Below, one piece after another: positions 45,646-57,100 of a stretch of 60,622 nucleotides of DNA (the stretch's first letter is position 1; each line of letters begins with the position of its first letter). The DNA comes from a virus (Duplodnaviria; Caudoviricetes), in the IMG/VR virus record IMGVR_UViG_3300037343_000158, positions 1 to 60,622 of that record. One strand, 5' to 3'. The position numbers and the translations under genes were made by a program. The notes beneath the pieces were generated by a model. It searched no databases. It was not told where the DNA came from and was given only the letters and a program-made list of their open reading frames with translations.

Positions 45646-47471
45646 TAGTACTTCGACCCCCAGTTTTCTAAGGGGCCATCCACGTCTGCTGTCAGTGGCA
45701 CTGCCCAGCCCTCTGTTGTAGTCATACATTCCTTAACGATTCTTTTAATCTCCTCTGCGTTCTCGCGGGGAGCCTGAAGCACTATCTCATCGTGTACAGG
45801 GACAATAAGGTAATCAGTCAAGTCTGCGGCATCCAACTTTACGAGGTTGGATTTGAATACCTCAGCTGCCCCGCCTTGCACAAGGTAATTAACCAGCGTA
45901 TAAGTGCGGTCATCATCGCAAGGTAGGCGTCTGCCAGTCCAAGTGTGAACGTAGCCCTCTCCTTCATTGCGGTATCTCTTCTGCCCTACGTCGTTTACCT
46001 GCTTTTGGAACATAGCCATACCTGGATAGTTGATATCAAACGAGTCAGAGACAGCTTGCATATTTTCTTTTGGCACGCCAGCAGTCAAAGCTTGCTTAGC
46101 CACTCCTGCCCCGTAGAGACGTCCGTAGACAACTCCCTTAATCAAGTTACGCCGTTTATCGGACTTAATCATCGTTGGGTCTTGATAAACCTGACGACCA
46201 ATTTCAGTAAAGGGGTCAGAGCCTTCCGCGTCTGCGCGGTTGAACAGCTCAATAAGGTTTGGGTCACCAGACATAGAGGCGAACATACGGAACTCGACTT
46301 GGTCAAGGTCCGAGGTAATGATTACGTGATTCTCGTCTTTGGGTATAAATGCACGTCGCACAACGTCGTCGCCTTTAGGAAGAGTTTGCAGTGCAGGCTC
46401 AGTAATAGACATGCGCGAAGTCCTAGCAGCCAAAGTGTTGATAGATGGATGCAGGAACCCGTTGGAGTTTTTCTCCATAAAGTTGCTGAAGTAAGTGCTG
46501 GCAAGCTTGTCTGCTTTACGTTGCTTAAGCACAACCTCTGCAAGGTTTTTTACTTCTGCGTTGCCCTCGATTGCGAGGCGTTTAATTTCATCTTTGCTCG
46601 CGGACTTCTGGCCCGACGGGGTGAATGCAGTGAGCTCAGCGCCTAGACCCTCAAAAGTTCGGACCAACTGTTGATTGCTGGTCATTGAAGAGTTGTAGGT
46701 GTTGTAGAACCACAGCTTTGTACGTTCTGTGTAGTCAATTAGTTCTTCGTACTTATCTTTAGAGTACTCAAGGTCAATACGTGCACCATTGACTTCCATG
46801 CGAGTGGCAATTTTTCTAACAGCCATCTCAAGTTCATAAGCTTTGTAGTAGGGGCCTTCTGGTCCACACTGCTGGTAGAACATTTCCCAAAGTCTGGTTG
46901 TTAGGACGGTGTCCAGAGCGCCGTAGGCCCAGTAGGGCTCGTATGTGACTGGAACAGTCCCCCAAGTCCAGCCATTTTTAATCATTCCTATGTCTAAGCC
47001 TTCTTGCAACTGAGCAGAGTGACGGTCAATGAACTGCGCAGACAGTGGCTTAAGCCCAGCAGCGCCGAGAGGGTTGATAATGCGAGCCATAATCATGGTG
47101 TCGTGGGCACGGTCCCAAGGCATCTCCCACTCAGACTTGACGGCAAACCACTTGGCTTCAAAAGCTATGTTGTGACAAATTACAGGGCCAGAGAACTCCT
47201 TTATAGCCTGATAAAATACTCCAGCCCAGCTCTCCCAAGGAATCGCCCAGCCCTGCATTCCATCGCCAACCTGAACAAGACGGATTCGACCGTGCCAAGG
47301 AGAGAAAGCGTCCTTCTTTGGGTTACCTGGAAGTTCGCCTGTCTCAATGTCAACAGAAATAGCGTTGTGGGGTCGGCGCTCGCTCATCCAACGGAGAAAT
47401 TCTTCAGCTTTCTCGACGCTGTCTACTAAATGAAGCTGCACCTGAGATAGGTCAGTTATCTTGTCTGTCAT
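45645..47471 (-). CDS. polA: DNA polymerase, family A (3'-5' exonuclease plus polymerase)
   Basis: DIET, HNIAFE, DTM, YGALD exonuclease motifs; TSRMS..P.LQ, DLDQVEFR, KGVVYGRLYG, VQGGAA, VHDE. Confidence 0.95.
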   Translation of the reverse strand: MTDKITDLSQVQLHLVDSVEKAEEFLRWMSERRPHNAISVDIETGELPGNPKKDAFSPWHGRIRLVQVGDGMQGWAIPWESWAGVFYQAIKEFSGPVICHNIAFEAKWFAVKSEWEMPWDRAHDTMIMARIINPLGAAGLKPLSAQFIDRHSAQLQEGLDIGMIKNGWTWGTVPVTYEPYWAYGALDTVLTTRLWEMFYQQCGPEGPYYKAYELEMAVRKIATRMEVNGARIDLEYSKDKYEELIDYTERTKLWFYNTYNSSMTSNQQLVRTFEGLGAELTAFTPSGQKSASKDEIKRLAIEGNAEVKNLAEVVLKQRKADKLASTYFSNFMEKNSNGFLHPSINTLAARTSRMSITEPALQTLPKGDDVVRRAFIPKDENHVIITSDLDQVEFRMFASMSGDPNLIELFNRADAEGSDPFTEIGRQVYQDPTMIKSDKRRNLIKGVVYGRLYGAGVAKQALTAGVPKENMQAVSDSFDINYPGMAMFQKQVNDVGQKRYRNEGEGYVHTWTGRRLPCDDDRTYTLVNYLVQGGAAEVFKSNLVKLDAADLTDYLIVPVHDEIVLQAPRENAEEIKRIVKECMTTTEGWAVPLTADVDGPLENWGSKY

Positions 47472-47508
47472 TTTGTCCCTGTCATTTTGTGTTGCTATTG
47501 TATCTTAT

Positions 47509-47982
47509 TTATGGAATCATTTCTACCCTATAGATGCGCTCAATTTCTGAGTCCGCATTTGAGGCCTGTTCTAGGAGCCTCTGAGCAACCTTTGTCAGGT
47601 AACGAGCGCCACCATCAGGGTCAAATTTATACAAAGCATCCAGTACTGGACCTGGCTCGTCGCTAACCTGAGCCCAAGTTCGGTCTTGTTCTGGGAACAA
47701 TAAAGGCATGTTTCTGTCAGGTCTGCACTCTACGCACGGGATTGCGTCATCTGAAAGCTGTTCTGACTTTGACTCGCTAAGGCCGTACCTTTTAACTAGA
47801 GAACAAGTTGCCGCGTGGAAGACAATCGAGATGCCTATTCTAGAAAGTATGTAAGAGCCGTTCTCGGTACGGTAGAGCTTAAACTCAATCCACCTAAAGG
47901 AGTCGTATCTTTTGGAAGAGGACTCTCCTAAAAGTTGGCCGCTAAATTGTAAGGTTCTAGACCCGTCTTTTACTTCAAACAT
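47509..47982 (-). CDS. hypothetical protein
   Basis: VKDGSRTLQFSG...RWIEFKLYRT pattern; coupled to the upstream gene. Confidence 0.7.
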   Translation of the reverse strand: MFEVKDGSRTLQFSGQLLGESSSKRYDSFRWIEFKLYRTENGSYILSRIGISIVFHAATCSLVKRYGLSESKSEQLSDDAIPCVECRPDRNMPLLFPEQDRTWAQVSDEPGPVLDALYKFDPDGGARYLTKVAQRLLEQASNADSEIERIYRVEMIP

Positions 47983-48344
47983 TACTCTGGCCCCTCTTCG
48001 TCTTTATAGTAAACCGATTCCCACCAGCGTAAAACTTCTTCTTTTGCCCACTCTATTTCTGCCCAGCCGCCCTTAAGATGCCAACCATCTAAAGGGTTAT
48101 CTTCATCAAGTGCGATGGGGGACAACCCTCGAGAAGCATCTTTTATGTAAGACACGAGATTTTCTAGATGCACATAGACCTCTTCGTCTGTCAAAGACTT
48201 CAGTTCTGCTGTGTTACTAAAGTTTAGAATTACTCTCTGCTCTACTCCGTCAGAGTCTGTGATTGTCTTTACCCAGCGTGGTCTATCAGCCAACGAGGCA
48301 CCGCCCGCAGGTATTGCCCCGTCATATTCAAAAAGGTAGGTCAT
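47982..48344 (-). CDS. hypothetical protein
   Basis: ORF with ATGA and TAATG overlaps. Confidence 0.65.
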   Translation of the reverse strand: MTYLFEYDGAIPAGGASLADRPRWVKTITDSDGVEQRVILNFSNTAELKSLTDEEVYVHLENLVSYIKDASRGLSPIALDEDNPLDGWHLKGGWAEIEWAKEEVLRWWESVYYKDEEGPE

Positions 48345-49768
48345 TTTTTGTCCTTAAGTCTTGTAACTTCTTCTTTAAGAGAGTCTATCTCAGTCTGTTG
48401 GACCTTAACTAGCTCCAGCACAAGCATTGCCATAAGTCCGTAGTCAAGTTTGTCTGCATCGCCATCTTTGCTATACCCCACTGGCTCGGAGAATCCAAGG
48501 TCCACAAGGTCTTCTACCATGTATCCGTGCATCCACTCTTTGTTGAGCTCCTTGTGGTACCCCCTCTTAGACCTTTTGTACTTAAACTTTTTTGGTTCTA
48601 AGTTAAGTAATTTTTTAATGTCAGAAGGTTCATAGGATTCTATGTCTTTTTTAATTTTTTGCGTTGAAGGGGTGCTGGTTGTTCTAGTTATGTTCTGAAA
48701 GCCACTAAGACCTCTTCCCTCAGCGTCTCTGGTTGGGTACAAGTCAGACACGGTATGTGTGTGGTTACCACGAGCAGCCAACTGAGAGGCAGTACCGAAT
48801 CTTACTCCAATAGTAACTGTGGAGCCGCTTCTTCCAACGGTGGCAGGAGAAATTGCGCTTATCGTACGAACAAATGACCCGTCTGTCTGGCTAACGCCTA
48901 CAGCTCCATTTGCTATTTGACTACTACCTACAGCTCCGTTTGCAATTTTTGCACTTGACACAGAGCCGTTTTCAATTTTGGCGCTGGTCACAGCTTGGTT
49001 GGTAATTTTGCTGGTTGTAACAGCGCCATCTCTAATGTTTGCGTTAAAAACTGCTCCGCCAGCAAGTTCACTGTTTCCAACCGAGCCGTTAACAATGTTG
49101 GATGCGTTTACGGAGTTTGGGGCCATGGCATTATTAGTTACAGCGTTTGAATCAATCTTTGCTGAGGTAACTGCACCGCTGGCAAGTTCGCTGGTTCCAA
49201 CTTCCCCGTCGGCTATTTTATCGCGAGTAACTGAGTTGCTGGCAAGTTTAGAATTTCCAACGGCTCCGTCTTCAATTTTCTGGGAAGTAACTGACCCATC
49301 CTCTAGCTGGCCAGTGTCCACTGAACCGTCAATTATCTGTTCTTTACCTACCGAGTCGGTTTGAAGTTCCTCCTGACCTACAGAATCGCTTTGTAGATTA
49401 TTTTGCGCAATAGCATCGTCAGCAACTGCTCTATTTTCTACAGCTGCGTCTGCGAGCTTTAACGGGATAATAGCAAAGTCGTTGATTTTTCCAGTGACTA
49501 CTGAACTGTCAATAAGTTCAGAAGTTCCAACCGAATCGTTTTGCATATTTTCTTGCCTAATTGCGTCGGCTTGAACTTGGTCGTTGACAATAGAGTTCAG
49601 CGCAATTTGGTCTGTAGACACAGCTCTAGGCTGGATAGTAGTTCTGGTGACAACTTGATTGGCAAGCCTGGTTGGGTTGCCTCGGGCCTGTAGATACTTA
49701 ACTCTTCTCTGCAGGTCAGTAATGTTTCCCGTAAGTGAGTTTCTACTTGCTCTTCTTCTAGTTGCCAC
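48341..49768 (-). CDS. tail fibre with 10-aa repeats and C-terminal intramolecular chaperone (peptidase S74-like)
   Basis: More than 20 repeats like DGAVTSAKIA; C-terminal STQKIKKDI...LEPKKFKYK...GYMVED...LDY...QQTEIDSLK. Confidence 0.78.
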   Translation of the reverse strand: MATRRRASRNSLTGNITDLQRRVKYLQARGNPTRLANQVVTRTTIQPRAVSTDQIALNSIVNDQVQADAIRQENMQNDSVGTSELIDSSVVTGKINDFAIIPLKLADAAVENRAVADDAIAQNNLQSDSVGQEELQTDSVGKEQIIDGSVDTGQLEDGSVTSQKIEDGAVGNSKLASNSVTRDKIADGEVGTSELASGAVTSAKIDSNAVTNNAMAPNSVNASNIVNGSVGNSELAGGAVFNANIRDGAVTTSKITNQAVTSAKIENGSVSSAKIANGAVGSSQIANGAVGVSQTDGSFVRTISAISPATVGRSGSTVTIGVRFGTASQLAARGNHTHTVSDLYPTRDAEGRGLSGFQNITRTTSTPSTQKIKKDIESYEPSDIKKLLNLEPKKFKYKRSKRGYHKELNKEWMHGYMVEDLVDLGFSEPVGYSKDGDADKLDYGLMAMLVLELVKVQQTEIDSLKEEVTRLKDKK

Positions 49769-51755
49769 GTTGGTCTACCTTCCAATCTGTTACTAATCTA
49801 AGTTGAACTTCTTCAGGAATCGGGACGCCATCGGGTATAACTACCGAGTACGAATCAATCTTGCGGATAAGAATGTCACTTCGAGGCTCTTGGTCACTCG
49901 CCAGACGCTGTTTTACAAACTCGTCGTCGACAATAATTGAGCACCACTGGCCTGGAAAAAATGTCCCGACCTGTGGGTAAAGCGAGCCATTAACAACTAC
50001 GTTGTATACCCCAACAGGAGGACGAGATTCAAACAAATAGTCCCGAGCATACGCGTGGAGGGATAGCTCATCTTCAATTTCGTCTAACTGTTCTGCCAAG
50101 TCAATCAAAGGCCAGCTTCTCCCGTTGGGATTGGCTAGCATTACACGGTCCGCGGCTCCTGCATAGGGTTGGCTAGCGTCATCGCTTAGGTCCTCAATGC
50201 TGCCAACTACAAAGAACCTAGTAGCGGCGTCCTCTGCGGATTCCGCAACACTAAAACTAAGTATGTTTCCAGGATACTCAAACACCAGTCTTTCAGCACC
50301 AAAAGCAGTGACTGGGTAAATTTCCCCCTCTGGCGGGGCCTCAGCAAGGCTGATAGGAAAGAGCCTGAATGTTCTACTAAAAGTTGCGGTATCGAAATTG
50401 TAGTCGCAGTCAATGCGATACTCGAACCCACCCTCAACTGTGTTGGAGTACTGCTCGAGTATCTCTCCAACAGTCTTCTGCTCAAAGCCTCTCAAGATTT
50501 GAGTATCTTGGTAATAACCGCTCTTATCTAAATTTTCAAAGTCAATCCCGATATCGGCATTAGCTGTGTAGCTTCCATAGTCCCCGTAAATTACTTTGGA
50601 GCCAAATAGAGCAATGCCACCTGCAACACCCTCTGGGCCAACATTTAAGATGCCTCCCGAGCTAAAGCTAAAACTGTTTGGGCTAGGGACATCTATAATT
50701 GTGAAACGTCCGTTAAATGTTGTATCTAGTCTCCCAGTGAAGAAGGCGTCCACGCCTGTAACAATTACTGTCTGCCCAACTGTTGCATTGTGCGCATCGT
50801 CAAGGGTGAGGGTTGCTACGTTATCTAAAAGCTGCTTGCTTTCCACGTTTTGCGTGCGGATACCAGGCACAGACGAAAGAGGAATCGCTGGCCCGTCAAG
50901 TAAAAATCTAATAGTTCGATTATTTGGAACTTCTGAGATTATGTGAAACCCGTCTAACTCTGAGTCAATTTGAACTAGTTCTATCTCTTGACCCGCAATT
51001 ATGCTGTGGTCCTCACCTGTTTGTAGGGTAACTACACCAGCTGACCGTACCTTAGATATAACTTCTGCTTGAAGCTCTTTAGCTGGTTTAATTACTTCGT
51101 TAGCAAAATTAAAGCCGCTCAGGTCTTTGGAGGTTTGGAAGATAAGGTCTCTAGCAAAATCGTAGGTGTCAACTAGGCTACGTACCGCTCCGCTTGTGCT
51201 GGACCCGTTGCCATCTCCAGAAGTTGTTTCAAAGCTAAAGCTAGTTGTTGAATTAATCTCCGTAATTGTTTGGACACCATCAACAATAGGATTTGTGAAA
51301 GATACAGCTATTTTCTGTCCAACGGCAAATCCCTGAGGAAACTCGGTAACTATAGTTCCTACGCCTGATGCCACGGCAAACGTGGAGACCCCAATAAAGT
51401 CAGAACCATACTGAATTGTCTGCCAGATGTTCCTGTGGTAGAAGTAGCTCATAAACTCAGCGCCGTTGACACTTAAAGTCTCGCTGACCGCGTCGTACGA
51501 CCGAGACCAAATTATCCCGCCCCAAACACAGACGTCGTTTCGCATAATGTATATCCCTGTTCGACCAGGCATAGTTGATTCGTAAAGGTTCAGTCCTTTA
51601 GTGGACTCAATAAATGGGATGCTTCCGCTAAAAGCTCCAGCTCTGCGGTTTGCTCTTTCGTAGGAAACGCCTTTAAACGGGACCTCAGAAATTACATCAT
51701 TGCTGAGTAGGTCAGTTAGGAAGTAACGGTATTCAACCTGTGTCTCGATAGTCAT
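49758..51755 (-). CDS. minor tail protein (Tal/hub, actinophage type) with inserted beta-domain repeats
   Basis: CVWGGIIW, GFEYRID, FEYPGNI motifs; follows Dit. Confidence 0.78.
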   Translation of the reverse strand: MTIETQVEYRYFLTDLLSNDVISEVPFKGVSYERANRRAGAFSGSIPFIESTKGLNLYESTMPGRTGIYIMRNDVCVWGGIIWSRSYDAVSETLSVNGAEFMSYFYHRNIWQTIQYGSDFIGVSTFAVASGVGTIVTEFPQGFAVGQKIAVSFTNPIVDGVQTITEINSTTSFSFETTSGDGNGSSTSGAVRSLVDTYDFARDLIFQTSKDLSGFNFANEVIKPAKELQAEVISKVRSAGVVTLQTGEDHSIIAGQEIELVQIDSELDGFHIISEVPNNRTIRFLLDGPAIPLSSVPGIRTQNVESKQLLDNVATLTLDDAHNATVGQTVIVTGVDAFFTGRLDTTFNGRFTIIDVPSPNSFSFSSGGILNVGPEGVAGGIALFGSKVIYGDYGSYTANADIGIDFENLDKSGYYQDTQILRGFEQKTVGEILEQYSNTVEGGFEYRIDCDYNFDTATFSRTFRLFPISLAEAPPEGEIYPVTAFGAERLVFEYPGNILSFSVAESAEDAATRFFVVGSIEDLSDDASQPYAGAADRVMLANPNGRSWPLIDLAEQLDEIEDELSLHAYARDYLFESRPPVGVYNVVVNGSLYPQVGTFFPGQWCSIIVDDEFVKQRLASDQEPRSDILIRKIDSYSVVIPDGVPIPEEVQLRLVTDWKVDQRGN

Positions 51756-51777
51756 TTAATGTCCTTTAAGTATTGTG

Positions 51778-54153
51778 TTAGCCGAGCCATCCAGAGCGGT
51801 AATAGACTCGAAGAGATGTCTCACCCTCTGGGTTACCTGAGTCAATAAATTCTAACTCATTATCTCCAGGAGCTAGTTTTATGAAGTTAGCCAATACATC
51901 GACTCTGCCTCTTGCTCCTTCGACTTCTCCGTTGAAAGCTACCTCGCGGTTTTGGGTGTCAATCTCAAGAATGTCTGCTGAAACAATTGCGGTTGCTCCC
52001 GATAGTCCAGGAGTGAACTGAACGTTCTGAGTTTTAATAACGTTTCCACCAGTAAATGTCTCTGGGATTGTGCCCGAGACAGTCGCTGTGCCGCCCGTAG
52101 CAGTCAAGGGGAGACTTCCGCCTACCTCTGCTTGCCCGTTAGGTGTCACATTCACCAAAGAAATTTTCCCTGAGAGCTCAACGAAGACATCGGCGGTTGC
52201 GCCTGTTTCTTCGTCTACTGGGTACGAAATGAGAGCAACGTTAGCTGCCGTCTTTTGGCACTCCAAAACATTTAGAAAAGGGATAGCGGAGATAGTGTAG
52301 GTTCCATCAAAAGGAGCACCCACCCCCGTAATTGTAATTTGTTCTCCGAAAATCGCGCCGTGGCTATCTCTGGTAGTTATGGTTATAACGTTTCCAGCTA
52401 AAAGAATAGAAGCAATCTTTCGGCTTCCAGCTCTAGCTGTACCGCCAGTGGGTATGGTCGTTGATACTTGGTTAGACCCGCTGTTGGCATAAGTAAAGGT
52501 GGTCGAACTGGGGAGGCTGGTAATTGTGTGCGTTCCGTTGAAGTTTCCACCAGCACCACCGCCAACACTTGCTACAACAACCTTCTCTCCAACCACAAAA
52601 CCGTGTGATTGCGACGCAGTTAAGGTTGCAACGTCGTTAGACCTTGCTTTGGTCACAATTGTTTTTTGGGTAGTTCTGACTCTGCGGTAACCAAAATCCG
52701 TGGGGAGGTAGGTAGCGCCAATTGTGTAACCACCATTTAGAGATAAGTCGACTCCAGTGACATTTACGTTTTCGCCAACAACAAACCCGTGCGGAGCTGA
52801 AGTTGTCAAAATGACAATGTCTTCTTCTACCATTTGTTTTTTGATAATAGTTCGAGCGTTAGTTCTGGTAGAAGCGTAACTAAAAGAAGTAGGGGACGGA
52901 ATTGCAGTAACTTCAAATGTTCCGTTGTAGTTAGACCCAACGCCAGTTATTGTGACGGTTTCTCCAAGAATGAACTGATGAACGTCAGAAGTGTTAATTG
53001 TTGCAATGTTGGAAATTAACGACGCCGATACAACGCTTCTCGGAGGAATACGAGTTTTGGAGAACTGTAAAGAATTAGCAGCAGGAGTAGATGTGATTGT
53101 GTGCACGCCGTCAAACACTGAATCCACGCCGCTCACAACTATGGAACTACCTGTGGTTAGCCCGTGAGGTTCGGTCGTTTTTATGGTGGCAAAACCCGAT
53201 GCCAAGGACTTGAAAGCTACAGGGATGATAGAAGCAGCGTCTGCTTCGTAATTGAAAGTTGTGTCAGTAGGTACAGCTGTGATGAGGTTGTCCCCGTCAA
53301 AGGGTGCGTCGATTCCTGAGACATAAACGCTATCTCCTACAGAGAATCCATGAGCCTCAGTGGTGGTAAGTGTGGCAATGTCTTTTAGCGTAGCTAGGTT
53401 GAAAGTGAGCTGCTTGTTAACTACGGTGCGAGAGATTGGACCTTTCAACCCCTGAGTCAAAATGATGAGCTCTTCAGTTGCTCTGTTGAAAATAGTTCCT
53501 GGACCAGCAAACGGACCTGACACCTCTAAGAAGCAAGGCACCGAGTAGTTTCCAATATTGGTAATCGTTCCTAGCCCACTAACCCCCGTTGCGGAGTTTC
53601 TAACTGGAACCTCAGCAAAAGCGTAGCCATCTGGGCTTGCGTCGTTCCACGCATACTTAATAGGGTCGGCAGCACGAAGCCCGATTTCAAAGTTGGTTCT
53701 GCCTCTAAGGTTTTCAGTCTCAATCGAGATGTCGCCGTTTAGCGTTACATACGCTGCTCTAATTGGGTCGCTGCCTGTTTTAAACCAAACGCCAGTTCTT
53801 GCCAAGTTAGCGGTAGCTGCAATAAGCCTGTCACGAGCGGCCTCAACGAGTGCTGGTTTTGGGACTAAGAAAGAGCCTCGAATAGAAAAGCTCCGTGAGT
53901 TGTAGCGCCCTCGTACTTCATACGAACCATCACCAAAGCCTCTAGCTATGTCTGGAACATCGGCTCTGGGGGATTCCCACCATCCTGGAATATCTGTGAC
54001 TACCCAAACAACTCCTTCAGAGTCTAGGGTGTTGAGGATAAAGTCCCCAAGGACAATGTTTGCGTCAAGCTTTAGGCGGCCAATGTCTGGGCTAAAGAGC
54101 TCTTGTAGCCCTCTGTCTACTGAAAAGTTTTCTTGTCCTTGTGTGTAAACCAT
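51778..54153 (-). CDS. distal tail protein (Dit) with six inserted beta-domain repeats
   Basis: Follows TMP; GWW, AADPIKY, NIGN, LEIDT..R, LAPGDNEL, YRSGW; six T...HG...G..V.V.G...F.G repeats. Confidence 0.8.
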   Translation of the reverse strand: MVYTQGQENFSVDRGLQELFSPDIGRLKLDANIVLGDFILNTLDSEGVVWVVTDIPGWWESPRADVPDIARGFGDGSYEVRGRYNSRSFSIRGSFLVPKPALVEAARDRLIAATANLARTGVWFKTGSDPIRAAYVTLNGDISIETENLRGRTNFEIGLRAADPIKYAWNDASPDGYAFAEVPVRNSATGVSGLGTITNIGNYSVPCFLEVSGPFAGPGTIFNRATEELIILTQGLKGPISRTVVNKQLTFNLATLKDIATLTTTEAHGFSVGDSVYVSGIDAPFDGDNLITAVPTDTTFNYEADAASIIPVAFKSLASGFATIKTTEPHGLTTGSSIVVSGVDSVFDGVHTITSTPAANSLQFSKTRIPPRSVVSASLISNIATINTSDVHQFILGETVTITGVGSNYNGTFEVTAIPSPTSFSYASTRTNARTIIKKQMVEEDIVILTTSAPHGFVVGENVNVTGVDLSLNGGYTIGATYLPTDFGYRRVRTTQKTIVTKARSNDVATLTASQSHGFVVGEKVVVASVGGGAGGNFNGTHTITSLPSSTTFTYANSGSNQVSTTIPTGGTARAGSRKIASILLAGNVITITTRDSHGAIFGEQITITGVGAPFDGTYTISAIPFLNVLECQKTAANVALISYPVDEETGATADVFVELSGKISLVNVTPNGQAEVGGSLPLTATGGTATVSGTIPETFTGGNVIKTQNVQFTPGLSGATAIVSADILEIDTQNREVAFNGEVEGARGRVDVLANFIKLAPGDNELEFIDSGNPEGETSLRVYYRSGWLG

Positions 54154-57100
54154 TAGACTGCGCCTCTCCTAAGCTCGAAAGCTAACCTGCGAGAGACAAG
54201 CTCGGCAAGCTCGCGCTCGTTCATCCCTGCGGATGGGTAAACGTTGATTGTAGCGGCACCGCCACTTTGACCAGACAAAAGCCTAATCATTGCTTTGTCA
54301 CGGGTAGACAGCCCGTCTTTATCAAGAGGCTCTACTCGCTCTGAACGGCCACCTTCTCCGATAACTGCCATCATCCCGCCTCGCGTAGCAGGAACTATGC
54401 CACCAGCAGCCAAACGGGGGATATTAGGAGTGTCAATCGTAAATCCTAAGCCAGCAACACCTAGAGCTTTGGATATAAAGTTCGTAGGAATTCGGATGTC
54501 TAGGCTAAAGTTATTCCATTTATCGATTATGAAGTTAAGGGCAGTCTTAAAACTATCCTTGAGCCAGTCCCAGAGTCCTGATGCGGCGTTCTTAATTTTA
54601 GTTGGTAGGTCTTTAAAGAACGGGATGAGAGTGTTATTAAAGTAGTTTTTTACCCCGTTAAAGGCGTCTTTAAACAAGTCACTAAAGAACGCAAAAATGT
54701 TCCCAGCCGCGTTTGAGATTAGCTTGCCCAAGCCTTTAAACCAGTTGGGGATAGTGGTAGTGAAAAAGCTTAAGAACCCGTTCCAAGCATCCTTAAAGAA
54801 GTTTAAAAACCAATCAAAAGCTGCTTTAGCAGCGTCGCCTATTGTTTTACCTAGATTAGTAAAGAACGGAATTACAGTTCCAGTCCACCAATCAACCGTG
54901 CGGCCCCAAGACTCTTGGAAGATAGTAATAATCGATTCCCAAAGTTTGGAGAACGTCTCCCCAATGTAAGTAAATATCCCCGCAAAAAACTCAACAATTT
55001 TGTCCCAGTTTTTAATAATCAACGGGACAGCCGTAATAAGAATGCTAATTATTAGCCCAATTGGCCCTAGGAATCGTATAACAAAGCTAATAACACGAGT
55101 TAAGCCAGCAGCAATTCTGCCTATAAACCCAAGGATTCCTTGTTGGCCAAAGTATTTAAATGCAAGCCCGCCAAAGAACTTCATTGCGCTGGCAAGCCCG
55201 TTTTTAATCAATAAAACGAAACCTGCTGCTGCTTTGAATAAAAACTTAAAAACAGCAACAATTCTACCTACTGCTAAAAGAACGCCAAGTAGCGGACCTA
55301 CAGCTTGTAGAATGGCCTGAGCAAACTCGCTTCCAACAATGGTATTAACAATCTTTAGAGTAATAATTAAAGTGTCAAAAAATGCTTTGATAGAGCCGAC
55401 ATCGGTTAAGTTAGCTGTCAAAATAGCGAATTGCTCAATTAGCTCGCCAAGCTGTGCAACTGGACCGTCCTTTCCACTGAGCTGTATACCGAGCTCATTG
55501 AAAACTGTTACAGCATTATCCAAACTCTCAATAAATTGACCCACGCCAGCTTCGGCTCCAAGAGCCAAAATACCGCCACCTAGGTTGGACAAAAGGCTCA
55601 ACAGTGCGGTGAAGTTTTTTGTAGAGTCTATAAAGAATTTGTTTAGGCTTCCGTCTTTTGCCCCGTCCGTGACAAACTTAAGGAAGCTTGTAGAGGCTTC
55701 TTCAAAGTAACTGAGCAGTACATCTCCAGCGCCACCTGGCTGATTGATAACATCAAAGATTCCACCAAAGGCTTTTTTATAATTGCCAAAGATGCCTGTA
55801 ATCTTTTCAATTTTAGTTTGTAGTGTCTCAAACTCTGTGGCTAGCTCACCGTTTTTTTCTTTGAAAATCTGAGTCTGTTTCCAAGCTTCGCTAGTGTTTA
55901 CCGCCCAATCTCCAAAGACCTTAACTAGAGGCTCTGCAGCATTTAGAAGGATTAAAAACCCTTCTAGCAAATTTATTGCTGTTTGACCAAGTTTCCCCAG
56001 CAGTTCATTGTTAGTAGACCAAACAGCTTTTAGCTTTTCAAAGTTTTCGCCTTGGAAGAATGTCTCAGCAAAAGTAACAGCCAAGTCTCCAAGGATGCTG
56101 CCTGTTTCTTCGAAAAGAGGCTCTAGTTCTTTGAACCTCCCAATGATTATTGTTAGAGACTCTTCAAGCTTCGGGAACAGCGCTCGTCCAGCAGCGTCAC
56201 GGAGAGAGTCAAACGCTTCTTGTTGCTCAATCAAAAACTTAACGAAGCTCTGAGCCTCTGGTGAAAGCTTTTCTAGTGCGTTTCGGTACTCATCAATTCC
56301 CCCTGAAGCGGCTTTCGCTGCGGCTTTTTGAGCAAGCTCAACTTGCTCTCTAGCAGTGGCAATTCTTCTGTTTAAGTCACGTTCTACGGTTCCACCAGCG
56401 CTAGCGTCAGCTGCTGCCTTAGCAGCTTCCTCTGTAGCTCTGCTTGCATCTCTGATTGCTCTAGCGGCAGCGATTCCAGAGTCAAGTTCTGCCTGCTGGG
56501 CTTGTGCGATGTTTTCTTTAGCCTCAACAACTTGTTTAGAGCCCTCAACACCAGCTCTGGTAGAGGCTTCTGATTCTTTTTTGAGGTCTGAGTTGTTGTC
56601 AATAGCCTTGCGGAGGTTTAGCTCGGCTTCTGCAAAAGCAAGCTCTGCTTCTTGACGTGCTCTGGAGTTCGGTGGAAGGTCCTGAACTCTCTGCAAGGAG
56701 TCGCGAGACTTTTCAAAGGCAAGGCGGGCCTTTTTCTCTGAGATAGCGCCACCCTCAACCTCAAAACGAAGTTGCTGTATCTTCTCTCTGGCGTCATCAC
56801 GAGCCTCGTTGAGGTCCTCGAGGGCATTGAGAGAGTTCTTTTGTGCTTGATTATAAGTTCTAGTGGCTCTTTCGGTCCCGAGCAATGCGTCAGCAGCCGC
56901 TTCTTCGGCTCTGACAGCCCTCTCACGTGCTGCTGCAAGGGCTTCAGGCTTTTCTTCTTCTAGTAGTCTCTTAAGAGATAATCTGGCGTCACGGAGGCGC
57001 CTAGCGGCTGCCGCTTGTGCATCACTGTTGTCTGCCGCTGCTTCTTGCGCCTTCAAGCCAGCTGAAAGGGCATCGCTTACGCCTCTAAAGGCCACTTTAG

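Noticed and set aside
45646-45729. N-terminal extension of the RuvC-like ORF
   Set aside because: Overlaps the polA 3' end; ATG at 45645 gives TAATG coupling and a typical RuvC start
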